Source: Bugula neritina
Lineage: Eukaryota > Animalia > Bryozoa
DNA: 64,000 bases
Direction of reading: 5' to 3'
Assembly: GCA_964035545.1 (NCBI GenBank)
Contig: OZ037768.1
Span: 23,531,319-23,595,318, forward strand
Part shown: positions 1 through 15,000 of the stretch, piece by piece
Position numbering within the stretch: the stretch's first letter is position 1
Layout: every line of letters starts with the position of its first letter
Notes under the pieces: generated by a model
Database searches by the model: none
The model's input: only the letters and a program-made list of their open reading frames with translations
Told to the model about the DNA's origin: nothing
Program-made: the position numbers and the translations under genes

Positions 1-575
1 AATATAGCTTTACATGCAAATTCATCACACAGTGAGACTGCGATTGTGCTGGTATATTCATACATTGAAGAGGCTATCAAGAATTGTAGCACTATTCATA
101 AAGCTACTAGTGATGCATAGAAGATATTTTCAGTAATGAAAGAATTAAATAAGAATGGAATTCTATATCATTGCTATTACATTATTTTATGTTATAGTAT
201 TTATTGTATTATCCTCTGTTATTTTATATCTTCTTATATTGTATTAAGTTATATTATGATGCACTAAAATTAATTATATCATATTTTGTTACATATTATT
301 ATATTATATTATGTATTACAATATATTGTATTATGTTATATTATGCTATATTATGTTATATTATATAACATTATATTATGTTATATTGTATAATTAAATT
401 ATACTAAATGTATTAAATTATATTAACACTTAATAAGAATAAAGTCTTATACATTGGTTAGTTTGAAAATAAATTTACAACTGATTGTCTGAGAAAAAGT
501 AGTTGAAGACTAGATGTAGCCGTTGTATGTTTCTTTGAACAGCATATATACAGAAGAGCACAGGCTAAGGCTTAC

Positions 576-3083
576 CTCAGTAACTCCATTACTAATAGTA
601 AGTCTTTCTAGCTCGGGTTCCACATCTTCCTTTATGTTGTCCTGAGGATCTGCCTTCTCCCGTTGTGAATATTTTGAGCTTTCTCTGCTTGTGTTTATGA
701 GTATTCCTAGATGGGAATATAATATATTAGTTGGTAGATGTCAATGAAACCATAGACATCATTGCTCATAGACTTTTAACTTTTAGATAATATTTTAAAA
801 GAATTTTATCTCTTGTAAACTATGTATAAATTACTTAATAAGATGCAATATATGTTCTCAACTTTTCATTCAATACCACATCTGTATATATGTAACGCTT
901 CAAGTACCTATACTAAATAATTGACAATAAGGAGCAAGTTTCAGCAGACGTATCAGCAGACGTACCTGTTGAGTCATCTTTGACTTCTTCAGATTGAGCA
1001 AGTTTGTCAGCACCAGTCACTGCAACATCCTCTTCGCTCTCCTCTGCTATGTCTGCAATGTTGTCTCCATTGATGTCTTCACTTAGTTGTAGAGAGGAAG
1101 TGATGTCAGGTAATGGCTCCAGAGATCCTACGCCTACCAGAGTATGAATGTGACAATTATGGCCGAAGTGTGAAACTTTAAATATACTTATACGCAGCAA
1201 GATGGCAGTCAATACATTATAACTTTATTGTAGATTAATATAGTAGTAATTAAATAATTATTTATTTAATAAAAAATTTGGAGTTGTACCAATAAATTTG
1301 TTCTCATTAACTTTATCTTTTGGACACAAATATATTCAAAGAAAATTGATTAAAAGTGAAAAAACTTTTTGAGTGGAAAATTAAAATAAAGTTTACCGAT
1401 TTCTGCTTTCAGTAAATCTCCATTAGCCTGTAGAGGCTGTAGTTGAGGCTTAGAAGTGGTGCGTTTGGGTCGAGTTTTAGTGGCTGGGGTGAAGGCCACT
1501 CGGTCGCCATATTCATTGTATCTCTGGAAGATGTCTCTGTGAACTTCTGCAGACGGCTGAGCCGGCGTCTGCTGCAAACCACCAGAGTTATCAAGTCAAA
1601 GAGTTACAAGAGTTGCATAGTATTAGTATATAATTACTTGCAAATGTAAATAACTAAAAGTAATCAATTTGATATATAAAAATTTTAGTTTGGTCTGACA
1701 TATTATGGGAAGTTTAATGACAAACTCATGAAAACTACTACAAAAAATTGTGCTGCACACAACTATGGCAAACTTGAAATAACAAGAGTACGTTATTCGA
1801 GTAATTAACAAGTCTTAAGTTGTAAACTAAAGTCATTGTGAGGTGAAAAACAAAACTTTACAAAAAGCAATAAAATGCTTGACATAAAATGAAAATTCTG
1901 TAAAATAACTCTCAAAGAAAAAGTTACTGGAATATAAATTATTTATATTTTTGATGGTGCGAGACTCTAAATATTGGATTGTACTCTAAATATTGAATTG
2001 TATGTATATGCAATATAACTAAAATGAGAAACATGGTGCACAGTGAACAGTTTGCATGCTGTGAAAGCTTACTATTTTCTCATAGACTAAGTGACTGCCT
2101 CGCCTCGACACGGGAGTGTTTATAAACTCCTCCCTAGCTTTTGCTTTAGCCTTAAATTTCTCTTCTTTCTCATAAATGTGAGCGAGTCTTTTCTCAACTC
2201 TTCTGTTTAACTTTTTCTGAAATAAGGAAATAGTAACTGTTACACTCATACACTAAGTACTCATAGTAGCTGTTACACTGACACGCTAAGTACTCATAGT
2301 AACTGTTACACTGACACACTAAATACTCATAGTAACTGTTACACTCACACACTAAGTACTCATAGTAATTGTTACACTGACACACTAAGTACTCATAGTA
2401 GCTGTTACACTGACACTAAGTACTCATAGTATAGCTGTTACACTGACACTAAGTACTCATAGTAACTCTTACACTGGCACTAAGTACTCATAGTAACTGT
2501 TACACTGACACTAAGTACTCATAGTAACTCTTGCACTGACACTAAGTACTCATAGTAACTCTTCCACTGACACTAAGTACTCATAGTAACTCTTACACTG
2601 ACACTAAGTGTACAAAGCTACACAAACATATGGCTGGATACGTTAGACAGACACGAAATGATATCACAGATGATGCAGAAGCTAGTATTGCTAAAGTTTA
2701 GAGCACAGTAGTTCAGTACACAAACACAGCAAAGTATGGCAATGTATACAGAATTAAAATATTAGTCACGTTTTACTATTAAGTCATTTTTCGTAGAGTA
2801 TTGTTTTACTATTTGATAGAAATTTGATCCTATAAAACACTTTTATTGAAATAAAAAAAAAGTAAACAGTTAGAGCAACACGTTAAACTGCTACTTTTTC
2901 TTAAGTTTAGTACTACTTAGTCCTTAGAGAATATAGTCCTTAGAGGATATAGTCCTTATTATCCACAAAAATGAATCATGCACTTTATTACAACCACCAC
3001 AATTTTCTGACTACCTCCAGTTCATCGAAAATATCGGAGGAGCTTCGTCTGGTAAATCCTGTAGGAAGTGGCGCGACAGCCAT
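576..3083 (-). CDS. Uncharacterised spliced protein, 3'-partial (probably continues beyond window start); basic then acidic low-complexity N-terminus
   Basis: GT-AG exons join in frame: 3083-3015 (MAVAPLPTGFTRRSSSDIFDELE), 2216-2073 (KKLNRRVEKRLAHIYEKEEKF...), 1571-1397, ~1133-966, 706-576. Probable 5'UTR exons at ~3396-3480 and ~5857-5908. No recognisable domain. Confidence 0.6.
2232..2610. repeat. Intronic minisatellite, 33-35 bp unit (ctgttacactgacacactaagtactcatagtaa)
   Basis: About 11 tandem copies next to the splice acceptor at 2217. Confidence 0.9.
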
Positions 3084-6000
3084 TTGTATTAAAATAAGTA
3101 AAACTCAATGTCAGTGTCTAGTAGCAGCAGTTTAACAGAGCACCTGTACTACATGCTAGGCACTGCTCTAATCTGGTGTGTATGCAATCAACAGTAAACA
3201 TAGCTGAGTGGCCAGCATGGATACCAGTCTATAGCTTTTGTTTGTACAGCGGAAAGAAGTCTGTTCTCTCAGTAAATACACTCTTTAGAAAGGAAATTTA
3301 ATTGCATTGCACATATTAAATCGAGAGTATATTAAGCTTCATAGCAAAATAGCATTCGATAAACACCCATTATGGATAGTTTCAATTGAAAATCACCTTC
3401 AAATGGCTGATCACCTTTTGCTCAGTGTGAGGGTGAATTTGTCTGTGATGAGGGGCGTCGAGCTCCATGCCCGGTAATATCTAAAAGTAGAGCATGTAGA
3501 AAATGGTTAACTCAGTCAGGAGTTATGCTTTGCAAAGGGTTGGGAGTTGTGCATCTTTTAATATAAATACAGTGTTTAGATTATATTATAGAAACTCAAA
3601 GTCAATTGATACAAGTTTTAAATTTTAATACACAAAATTTCCCAGAATAAAGATAATTATTACATATACTGTAGTTTAAGGGTGTTGTCTTTTTAAATGA
3701 AAAACTGTTGAAGATGATACCTAGTCAAGCCTGTATGAGTTGCCTACCCATGCATGGAACAAGTGGAGATAATTCCTTAATCATAGGTTTCCAAATTACT
3801 AGCCTATGCCTTAGCATTTTGTTACCTCACAGCACAAAGAGAGAAAACATTTGAATAGCGTAGACAGAAAAATTTCTATAATTTAATGATTATAAATTAG
3901 AAAATTTTAGACTATAGCAGTGGTTATGCCATGTATTTGTCATTTAATAAAAGAAGCTGTACAAATATGTTTAACATCTCCATCTCAATTAAATCTGTTG
4001 TAAACATAAACAGGTAACTATATACACATATATAGCTTTAAATTTCAGTTATGACAAACTATCATAATTATAGTTTCTCAGTATCAAGTAAAAATGGATA
4101 TATTTGAAAACAATTGAGAAAAAGAAGACAACTCTGTCAACAAAATGGAACGACTATGTCAAACTGTTTAATCTAATAATATTATGGACACTTTATATAA
4201 ACTTCAGTTCCATTTTAAAATATTAAGTTATAAAGGCTAAAGGATTGCCAGCAAATTAAAAGGCATGTATGTTGGTTATTTTTATTGCAGCCAAATATTG
4301 AAATAATTAATTTTATGATTTATTGCATAAAAGAATATGCCCTTCCAGGGATTACAGACTGTCATTGAAATTTCAAATTACAAAATGAGCTGCTTGTATA
4401 TTGTTGTATAAAAATTGGCATATAAGCAGTTTAAAGTAGTGAATTCACTTGCATATATTTCCTATCTGAAAATGACTAATGTTGGGCCTATAAATTTGGG
4501 TTAGGAACTTTTCTGGATTTGAAAACACAATAAATTCAGTTAATGCATGAAGAGAAAACTGAAATTGTAATGTCAACATTTGACACTTTGATAGTAAGTT
4601 ACATTTATAAATACTTATTATAATAGTAAACTATGTACAGTTGAGACTTACCTTGAAGTAAGTTACATTTTATACTTGTTTTAATAGTAACTTATATCTG
4701 ATAGTAAGTGCATATTATGTTTCAATGGCTCGGTTTGAAAAGAAAGTGAAGCTATGATGAATAATTTTATTACGCATTTTTGCAATAAATGAGAAAGATG
4801 AGCCAATAACGACATTAAATAGATTGTGCTTTTAGTTGCAATATCAGTTCATATTGCTACTGTACGCTATATATTAGCAAACTCTTTCAGCAAGTTGCTT
4901 TTATGTTTTTCTACAATTATTATACTCAGCTTTCTGCTACAATAAATCAAACACAAGTGATGCATTCCTATTAACCAATTACTGCTAAATCCTTGTATAT
5001 TTACGAAGCTCTAAGAACAATCTACATATTATATTAACACTAACAGTTATGAAATAACTTTCAGTATTTAGCTATTGCTAATATAACTGTATTTCTTATG
5101 TATCTTGTGTCATATTGCTTATTAAACTAATGGAAAAGTTAAGCGAAATTGTTTTAATTTCACCTGACAAGTCAAAATGTCAGGAGTACAAATTTGCTTG
5201 AGGAAATTAAAAATCATTGTTAGACAAAACAGTATTGGTTTTTAGCAGGTCATGTTACATCTATAACTTTCTCAGCACACATACCCATCGATAAAGAACT
5301 CAGTTTTGTTGAACAGAAATGTCAACATATAAGATAACATACACTTACTTTGTTGAGTAGGGTCGCACTAACTATATTGACAAATTTTGCATCTCATTCT
5401 CTAAGAATTTTTCCATCAAATGGTTGAAATGTTTTTAAACAATATTAAATGTATTGCTGATATTAACAGTTCTTAACATTGAAGTATAATTTGTGAGTAG
5501 TATGGGTATGTGTAAGTTTTTGTAGATAGAGAGGGTATATTAGAGTATTTGCCACAAGCAAATGATGATTTTGTTCATAATTGGAGTTAAAAAGTTTGGT
5601 TCAGACTAAAAGGGTTTTATGACTCACTCTTTTATTCAAAGAGACTGGAAACTTTTAGTAAATGTGTGTTAAGAGATGCCCAGACAATATTTTTACCTGA
5701 AGCAATGAAAGCCAGAGTAAATGCAGCTTATTTAGCTTTAGATCAATAACAAAGCACTTTCGTAACGCTTATGAAATGCACACTCTCTAGCTATAGAGTC
5801 AAGGTATTGAAAATTCACTATATTATATTTATCAGCAAAGTAAATTTGTCAGCTTACCTTTGAAGGTTTTGTTTCACTTGAAGTCGCTAATTCTGCATCA
5901 GCAGGTTCCTGTAAATATCCAATAAAGTAGCATACAGAGCTTTCAGCTAGATTCTAGTGTATTATGCATGACTGCTGCCGCAATAAGGTGTCAGCACGAG

Positions 6001-6121
6001 ATGTGAAACACTTTAAACCCGACATTTAAATTCCACTTGATAAGAGATTATCCGTGCGTACACGCATGTGTTGTGCCTTATCCAATGTGGACAATACAAA
6101 CAGGTCGCCATCTATCATCCG

Positions 6122-6134
6122 GTTGCTAGGCAAC
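6122..6134. promoter_or_regulatory. RFX X-box (GTTGCTAGGCAAC / GTTGCCTAGCAAC)
   Basis: Near-perfect match to the palindromic RFX consensus GTTGCCATGGCAAC, just upstream of the putative first exons of the minus-strand gene; CCAAT at ~6082. Confidence 0.6.
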
Positions 6135-9044
6135 CATTGAATCAATTAAGGACTGAATTTCAACACCTCTAGTGCAAATGGGTCTCGGAGTCGCGGTCAA
6201 CTGATAACAAATATAGAAACCATTTCCAAAGGTCATTGTTTGACAGCAGTTCATCAACAAATAAATTAAGTGCTGCCATTATTTGAACAAATAGTATTTG
6301 CGTAGATGAAGTTACAGTGTGAATGTCATAGTATTGCAGCAGCATGGTTATTCCGTTGATTGTATAACATAATATATTGCATCTGTATGTCATATATATT
6401 ACATTTGTTTCATTGCACATTACTATATTACATGAACATAATGTCAAAAGACATGAAACTACCATAGCCTGCAACTTAAAATGTACTTGAAAAGTCACAC
6501 CAAGATTTCTACAACACACTATAGGAGGAGATAAGCTTAAGCACTTGTATCATAATTTATGTGTAATTTATTATAAACTTGAATAAAGCGGGCAAAACCT
6601 GATCATAAATTAGTAGGTTTTATAGAGAGTCAAATGAAAGTCACCTAATTTAAAATAAACTGGTGTACGTTAATAGCATTGGGTTTGGTTTAAACTGAAT
6701 AACATTTTTAGAACAAAAATACTGCTAAATAACCCGGTTTTTCAGTCTGGATAACTACAAGTTTTAAAAAGTTCCAAAGTGTGCACTCACTGCTACAATC
6801 AACATTATTGAGATGTTTTTATTATACTCCAAATATAACTAAAAAGAAGAATACTTTTTACATGCATAATGCAGAGTGTACAGTTTCCGTTTCACATATC
6901 ACCATTTTTAAATATGCAATAGCATAAAATAAAGCATGGACTAAATGTTTGGAAATTCAAAACAAAGATGTGTTTTCAAATTGCTACATAATTCTATAAG
7001 TGTCTTTCACAAAACAATATATATACAAATGAAGTAAGTAAACTGCTTTAACTGGTTGTAGAAAGTTAAGCAAGTAAATTGACTTACACTCAGTGATGAC
7101 TTGTTTCACAAATGTGTTTCTTGTAGAATTATTAACTGATTACAATCTACCAGTAAGAAAGTCTAACTCAATGTCTAAGCTATATAATTGAACACAAATT
7201 AACTGCTACTGCTCATTCAATGAACACAAATAATCAATGACCTTTAATGAAACTAGTTGGAAAGATTAAACTGACTTTGTACAAAAGAAGCCATAGAGAG
7301 CTTGCCAACGACCTCTAGCAATTAGTTACAAGGTTCAAAAGTTAAAATTGCCCGACAGCTGTTAAAATCTCAACTCAGATTATTATTGCTGAAGTATTGT
7401 GTCAGGTAAAGTATTAGGAGTCATCTCCCTCTATGGTAAACTTACCCTTGTATTGTTTACTTCCATCATTTTGAAAAGATGAAGTATCGGTTTAATAAAG
7501 TCCTTACGGTTAGGTGAAAAGTGCAGCCATTAGAGTATGAGAAATGAATACGTTGTGTCAAATATGTTCTTTGCTAAGCAAGCAGTCTTCAAGTTATTAC
7601 ACTGGAGACCATGGCAGGATATGTTAATGTAATAGTTGCAAGTCAATTACTTTCAATTGTTGTTAGGGATACATAATGAAAATACAATTCCAATACAGTT
7701 AATCAAATATAAAGAGCCCATGCTACAAGTGTATAGGCATATATTGAACAGAAGTTGCTTATTATATAGCTTATAATATCTTAGAGGTTGCATAAAAGAA
7801 TTTAAAAACTATTGTCCAACTTGTATACGCTTGAACTGGTTACAATAATAGCACACAGTGCTGCTTCATAGCTGTTGATGATTCTATTTATAGGTCAGTT
7901 GAAAGTTTGCAACTGTATAGAGAGCCGCAGTATCAAGTTACTGTGTCAAGTCTGCTATGAAATGTAGGTGCAGTATAACCAGGTTCTTGCATCTGGTGTA
8001 GAGGGTAATGAAGAACTAGAAATTTAATATTTAAAATAAAATATATTTAGCATAAAGCAATAAATTAAATACATTTAAACAGACGAATGCTCCATAATCT
8101 ATTGTACCACAACAGCAAGTTCACAAAATATATAAGCACATATTCACACTGGACACATGTAATGATACACATATACACAGGTCAATATTAACTAGCTAGG
8201 AAGAGCTATTTTAGAATAAATACTGAATATACAACACTAAGCTAATGAAATACAAGAGTAATGGAAGATGGAGTAATCATACGTACGTACCACAGATAAG
8301 CAAATGCACAACAGCAAATAAAATATGTACACAAAAATATTACATCTACAATAATTTATCACAGCCAATCATAGGCTAATCCTTGAGCTGACAAATATTG
8401 TCAAAATCCATCATTTCAATCCCAACATTGTTTTAGTCTCACTAGAAACGTTCAGCTCCACCTGATTCTCCCAACAAAATTATGAATTCTAGAAAAATGG
8501 TGAAAATATTGAATAGACTAATTATATAGAATCAGAATGAAATCATATCTACATCTTCAATACCAGACAGCGCATAGAACGCTCTGTGTTAGCACAAACT
8601 GGGTAGACCTCAACTTTTCTAGTGAACCAAAGATTATTCAAATGTCAACGAAAAATTAAATGAAGGCTACACTCCAATTTGGCAATTTACATGAAAAACC
8701 AATTATAGAAGTGGAAAAATAGCGAAAAGATACGAATAATTTAGTTTCCAATTTCACTCGTTAAAATATGCTGACACACCACGCTATTTCACACACTTCT
8801 GTAAATAGAATAAAGGCAGTAGAAGAGTTGGAGGGCCAGACGTCACTATGGGAAAGTTAAATTATATAATATATAATAATTAAAAAAACATAAATTGCTA
8901 TTATTTCTAAATAAAATTAACACAATAAATAAAAAGAAAATATAGCTCGTGTGGACTCTATTGATAAGTATACGGGTGTTAAGTTATGGCAATTTCCTCC
9001 AACTACAATGTCACGAGTAAGTACAGGATGTTGTGACAAGAAAT

Positions 9045-12000
9045 TTAGAGGCGGGAGTTGAGTTCCCTCATCCACCCCTTGGCTATGTCAGTCATTAGCA
9101 GCTGGTCATCAGTCTTCCCACAGGCTACCATTAGATAGCCTGGTTTCTACAAACACAAACACACCAGGGTTACAAAACAAGGACGAACGAAGGCTAATAA
9201 CAACAAAAATGTGACTCATAGCTAAGAATCAAGGAAAGAGACAGTCTAACACAGCTAGTAGGGAAGCCAACTTACACACAGCTAGTAGGGAAGACAACTT
9301 ACATATAAATCAGGGGGTGACTTCATGATGCTTTTAGACTTGGTACATGCAGATGCTGGCTTCTTTCTAGGCAATGATTTAACCTGCAATAAGAAATTGT
9401 CTCTTTACAATACCAACACTATGTCCCGTCACAATACCAGTATTATGTCCTCTCACAATACCAGTACTATGTTCTCTCACAATACCAGTACTATGTCCCT
9501 GTCGGAACATTCTAGAATCTAGAATAACTGCTGCACTTCTCTGTAGAGATTACACAAACCTGAGAACGCGAAGAAGCAGACGCGAATGTGTTACTCAAAT
9601 CTGGTGATTGGCTGAGCGTTTCCTTCAGAATGGACGGAGGGGAGAAATTGAGACTAGCGCTACTGAACAGTGACTTGCTCTAAAAAGAGAACAATTCCTT
9701 TATCCCAACTGTCTGCAAACGATACACAATACATGTGTGGAATCAGGAATGTTAAGGTGGGACATACCGGAGTTTCAGGTTTGAAGCCCGGAGAGCTGGT
9801 TGAGACGGCACTCAGCCGGTGCTGCAGGTTCTGCTGCACCGACCGGCCATTCCGGACGAGCCGGTACGAGCCAAACCGCCGATTCAAACTGGTCTTGAAG
9901 GCAGCAATTCCTGCTGCCGCGCCGTAAGTCTCGGTGTCTTGAGCTATGACATCCTGGAGGTCGTCGTGAATGTGCATCGGCGTGTGGTGCTACAATGTCA
10001 AACGTACAAGATACACACAGCTGCAGTCATATAGAGTTGTCTGCCTTTTTCAAACATTACACCGAGACCTCTGCAGCACGCCAAGTCTAACGAAATGAAT
10101 TTTCTGTTAAACAGCCAGCAACAAGTTTCCACACAGCAGGAGAACACAACTCTCACCCCTGTCCGCACTACTCCACTCTTCTTCTCCAGGTTGGCCAACG
10201 CCTTCTTGAAAGGCGTGGGCGTGTGAGGCTCGGTCTGCGGCCCCAGCACTGCTGACGGAGGCGTGCAGAGGATTGACTTGCTGGGAGTTGTGGGCTCCTG
10301 TTTCACTGAGGGAGTGCCGAGCAGCTCAGGCTGGTGGTCTCTCTGGTGTACAGGTGTGGAGGTGATGGCTTCACTAGTCTTCGTACCGCCGGGACTGTTG
10401 AAGAACTGCAACACAACATAGAGTAACAGCTGACTCGTCAACTTACTGCGTGAATGTGAGAGAAACCACAAACTGCTTTAGTAAACTCACTCGAGAGGGT
10501 GAGAAAGGAAGATGTTTGACGGGAGTTTTGAGAGGAGTGAGCTGATTGAATATCACAGAGAGGTTGGCGTCGTATTCGGAGCTGGGCTCTGGTTTCGGTG
10601 ACGGCAAAACCAGAGGAGGTCCCACATTCTCCTGGTTACTTTTCCGCCGCTTGCGTCTCAGTATGCACGGCTGTTTGAGCGCCTTCGAGGTGAGGGGAAT
10701 CAAACCGTCATAACTTGTGACTGCGGCCAACGAAGTTTCATCTATCCTGGCTTTATCTGAGGGAATACAAAAGCAATGAGGGTACATTACACCAAGGATA
10801 CTCTCAATACACATCTTAATGTACCCAACCCCTGTCTAAATAGCGCCTGTATACTCGTTGAGCTGCTATTTATGTCTTATGAGAAATGTTTCTAATCTAA
10901 ATTTACACATTGGATCACCTAAATTAGAAAGATCAATTTAACAAAACAAAGTCCAACAAACCACAGCAATAGCATGTAGCCTCACCATAAGAGCCAGAGT
11001 TCAGCTTGGAAAACTTGATTGGCGTGGAAGAAGTAGTTCCAGAGAGCAGCTCAAAGGTGGTCATGTGGCCGTACTTCTCAGAGCCGTTCATTGCCGCGTA
11101 GAAGTTGGTGGCGCCACTGTACGGCACGGAGGGGCGAGTCTCGCTGTGATACACAGTTTTATACTGAGGCTCCATCACCTCAACCTTTGTGGGGTGTGAC
11201 GGCAGACATTGCTGAAATGAGGAGCAGCACATGATGGAGCCAAAGCTATCCATGACACTGCAAAACTTATTAAATGTCATCACGTGAAATGCTGAGTCTT
11301 ACACCACGCATTACGCTGCGCACAACACGAAGATAACAAAAAAGCTGTACCACTACAACAGCAATCCTATGCATTAGCAGTGGTGAGCAATCAAAGAGCC
11401 TTGAATCAAACACAACAGTAGTTGATATTTTTACACACCTCTGAAGGGGGAGTCGTCTCTCTACGACGGTATTTACTAAACGGGATGGGCAGTTGATACT
11501 CGACACGCCTCTTCAATGGCTGCCCATACTCTGACTTCATATTCCGACAAATCGATTGGGAGTTCCAGTGGTCTCTAACGGCATCAGCAGTTCTGTGGGA
11601 CAGAATATGTGACATTGTATGACAGAACATGTGACAGTGTATGACAGAACATGTGACAGTGTATGACAGAATATGTGACATTGTATGACAGAACATGTGA
11701 CAGTGTATGACAGAACATGTGACAGTGTATGACAGAATATGTGACAGTGTATGACAGAACATGTGACATTGTATGACAGAACATGTGACATTGTATGACA
11801 GAACATGTGACAGTGTATGACAGAATATGTGACATTGTACGACAGAACATGTGACAGTGTATGGCAGAACATGTGACAGTGTATGACAGAACATGTGACA
11901 GTGTATGACAGAACATGTGACAGTGTATGACAGAATATGTGACATTGTATGACAGAACATGTGACAGTGTATGACAGAACATGTGACAGTGTATGACAGA

Positions 12001-15000
12001 ATATGTGACAGTGTATGACAGAACATGTGACATTGTATGACAGAACATGTGACATTGTATGACAGAACATGTGACAGTGTATGACAGAATATGTGACATT
12101 GTACGACAGAACATGTGACAGTGTATGGCAGAACATGTGACAGTGTATGACAGAACATGTGACATTGTATGACAGAACATGTGACAGTGTATGACAGAAT
12201 ATGTGACAGTGTATGACAGAATATGTGACAGTGTATGACAGAACATGTGACAGTGTATGACAGAATATGTGACAGTGTATGACAGAACATGTGACATTGT
12301 ATGACAGAACATGTGACAGTGTATGACAGAATATGTGACAGTGTATGACAGAATATGTGACAGTGTATGACAGAATATGTGACAGTGTATGACAGAACAT
12401 GTGACAGTGTATGACAGAATATGTGACAGTGTATGACAGAACATGTGACAGTGTATGACAGAATATGTGACAGTGTGACACTGTGTGACAGTGAGCCGCG
12501 TACCTTCCTGGAAAGTATTTAGCAATCTCAGCCCACTGGTTACCCAGCTGAGAGTGCAGCATACAGATCAGCCTATCCTCTTCTTCTGTCCAAGATGAGC
12601 CTCTCCTAGGGTCAAGGTGATTGTGCCACCTTCAATACAAAGTGTGTTCACAATCATATCATTTTGAGTATACAGAGTAACTAAGAGTATACAGAGTGAC
12701 TATGAGTATACAGAGTAACTATGAGTATACAGAGTAACTATGAGTATACAGAGTGACTATGAGTATACAGAGTAACTATGAGTATACAGAGTAACTATGA
12801 GTATACAGAGTGACTATGAGTATACAGAGTAACTATGAGTATACAGAGTAACTATGAGTATACAGAGTAACTATCAACTATGAGAATGAGATGAAAACAA
12901 CCAACCTATCTCGACACTGTTTGCTGTTGCGCCCATACAGCGTTGAGGCTACTAAACCCCAGTCCTTGTACCCATAAATCTTGACCACATCAAGGATTTT
13001 TTGATCCTCCTAAAAATTGAATAGTTGTTAGAACATATAAAACTAGAGAGCTTTAGAAGATGGTAGACCACCAGCAGTGAGATGGTAGACCACCAGCAGT
13101 GAGATGGTAGACCACCAGCAGTGAAATGGTAGACCACCAGCAGTGAAATGGTAGACCACCAGCAGTGAGAAGGTAGACCACCAAAAAGATGGTAGACCAG
13201 CAGCAGTGAGATGGTAGACCACCAGCAGTGAGATGTTAGACCACCAGCAGTGAGATGTTAGACCACCAGCAGTGAGATGTTAGACCACCAGCAGTGAGAT
13301 GGTAGACCAGCAGCAGTGAGATGTTAGACCACCAGCAGTGAGATGTTAGACCACCAGCAGTGAGATGGTAGACCAGCAGCAGTGAGATGGTAGACCACCA
13401 GCAGTGAGATGGTAGACCACCAGCAGTGAGATGGTAGACCAGCATGTTCAAATTTTTCTATTATATCAAGGTTTTTAAAATAGTGCAATGCTGAATATGT
13501 TCAATGTTCAGATGATGAAATGAATGACTATACCACAGGGAAACAGACATATATTACCTCCGGGGTCCAAGGGCCTTTCATGCAATCAAACAAAACTTTC
13601 TTCTCCCACCGAGACTTGCACTGGAAGGCTGACTTCTCAGGGAAGTAGAAGGAAAGTCCCTCCCAGTTGACGTCGCCATGAGCCGCAGTCACCAAGTGCT
13701 TCAGTTTCTCGTCCTAAACACCGGAATACACTTTCACACTTCAATCAACCTTCATATATGTGTTTCTACCTACTGTGCAGTGTGCAGCATATAGACGCTA
13801 AACAGGCCATAGAGTATTCAGTGAGCTTGCACTTGCTGTGTGTAGCCGGTCTCTATGGTGAAAAATATTTAAATTTAAAATATAAATGTAGTTTTTTTAT
13901 CTTTAAGTCACCTCAAAAGTAAACACATGAAATTGATTGGATAGTGCTAACTGTGTTATAAGAGAGTGCTAACTGTGCTATAAGAGAGTGCTAACTGTGC
14001 TATAAGAGAATGCTAACTGTGTTATAAGAGAGTGCTAACTGTGCTATAAGATAGTGCTAACTGTGCTATAAGAGAATGCTAACTGTGTTATAAGAGAGTG
14101 CTAACTGTGTTATAAAAGAGTGCTAACTGTGCTATAAGAGTGTGCTATAAGATAATGCTAACTGTTTTTCAACTATAGCAGCTACAGACAGAATCCCTGG
14201 AGAGGCTAACAGTTGCTGCTCAACTCTATACAATCAACTGCTTTGTGACAGAATATATGACAAAGGAAGCCATTGTTATAAGACACAGAGAGTTTATGCA
14301 AGGTGTTTTCATTAATAACTTAATGAGCGTTGGTAAAACACAATGAAGATAGACTGCCAAGTGTCTACTTCTATCCAGAAAAGTGAACAGTGGAAATTTT
14401 TCATATGAGAAGAACAGGCATGCTATAAAACAAAAAAAATGATAACATATTTCTGCTATGGTTTATGTTCTTACTATGATTGAATCTGGTTTTAAGATTC
14501 TAACCTCTATATTAAATTGATATTAAACAATAGCACGTGCCAAGTGTGTTTTGGAGCACATTACATAATGGTAGTGACTAAATGAACAAGTAATAGAGGC
14601 AGGTGGTAGTTGTGTGTTGAAGTACAAGTTAGGAAACAGATGGTATGCACAATGCAGAGAGCTAATTTATATTCTAACTAATAGTTGTACAAGTTTCAAC
14701 TTGGAACCTCCTACCAAACCTAGCTATTACTATAGTATAATCTGCTACGACAAAGGCATAGTGAACTAGCACTTTCACCAGGAGTGGAGAAAGAGGGGTA
14801 AAAAAAGAGGGGAGAGAAGAAGAGGGAGAGAGTGAGAGAGCAGGGAGAGAATGGACATTTCTTTCTCTACAACCTGCTGAAATATATTTTGACACAATGT
14901 GACTGAATAAAAAATAGCCAAGCAATCAAATAAAGATAAAAAAAATTCAAAACAAGTAATTTGGATGAAAATAAAAAAAACTGAACTTACAGCTACAACT

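Noticed and set aside
6169-6519. 116-aa minus-strand ORF upstream of the X-box
   Set aside because: Non-ATG start, AT-rich, no motif and no convincing splice partners.
11406-12562. Three long Cys/His-rich ORFs (294-341 aa) resembling a metal-binding protein
   Set aside because: They are translations of a 22-bp intronic minisatellite bounded by canonical Myb splice sites.
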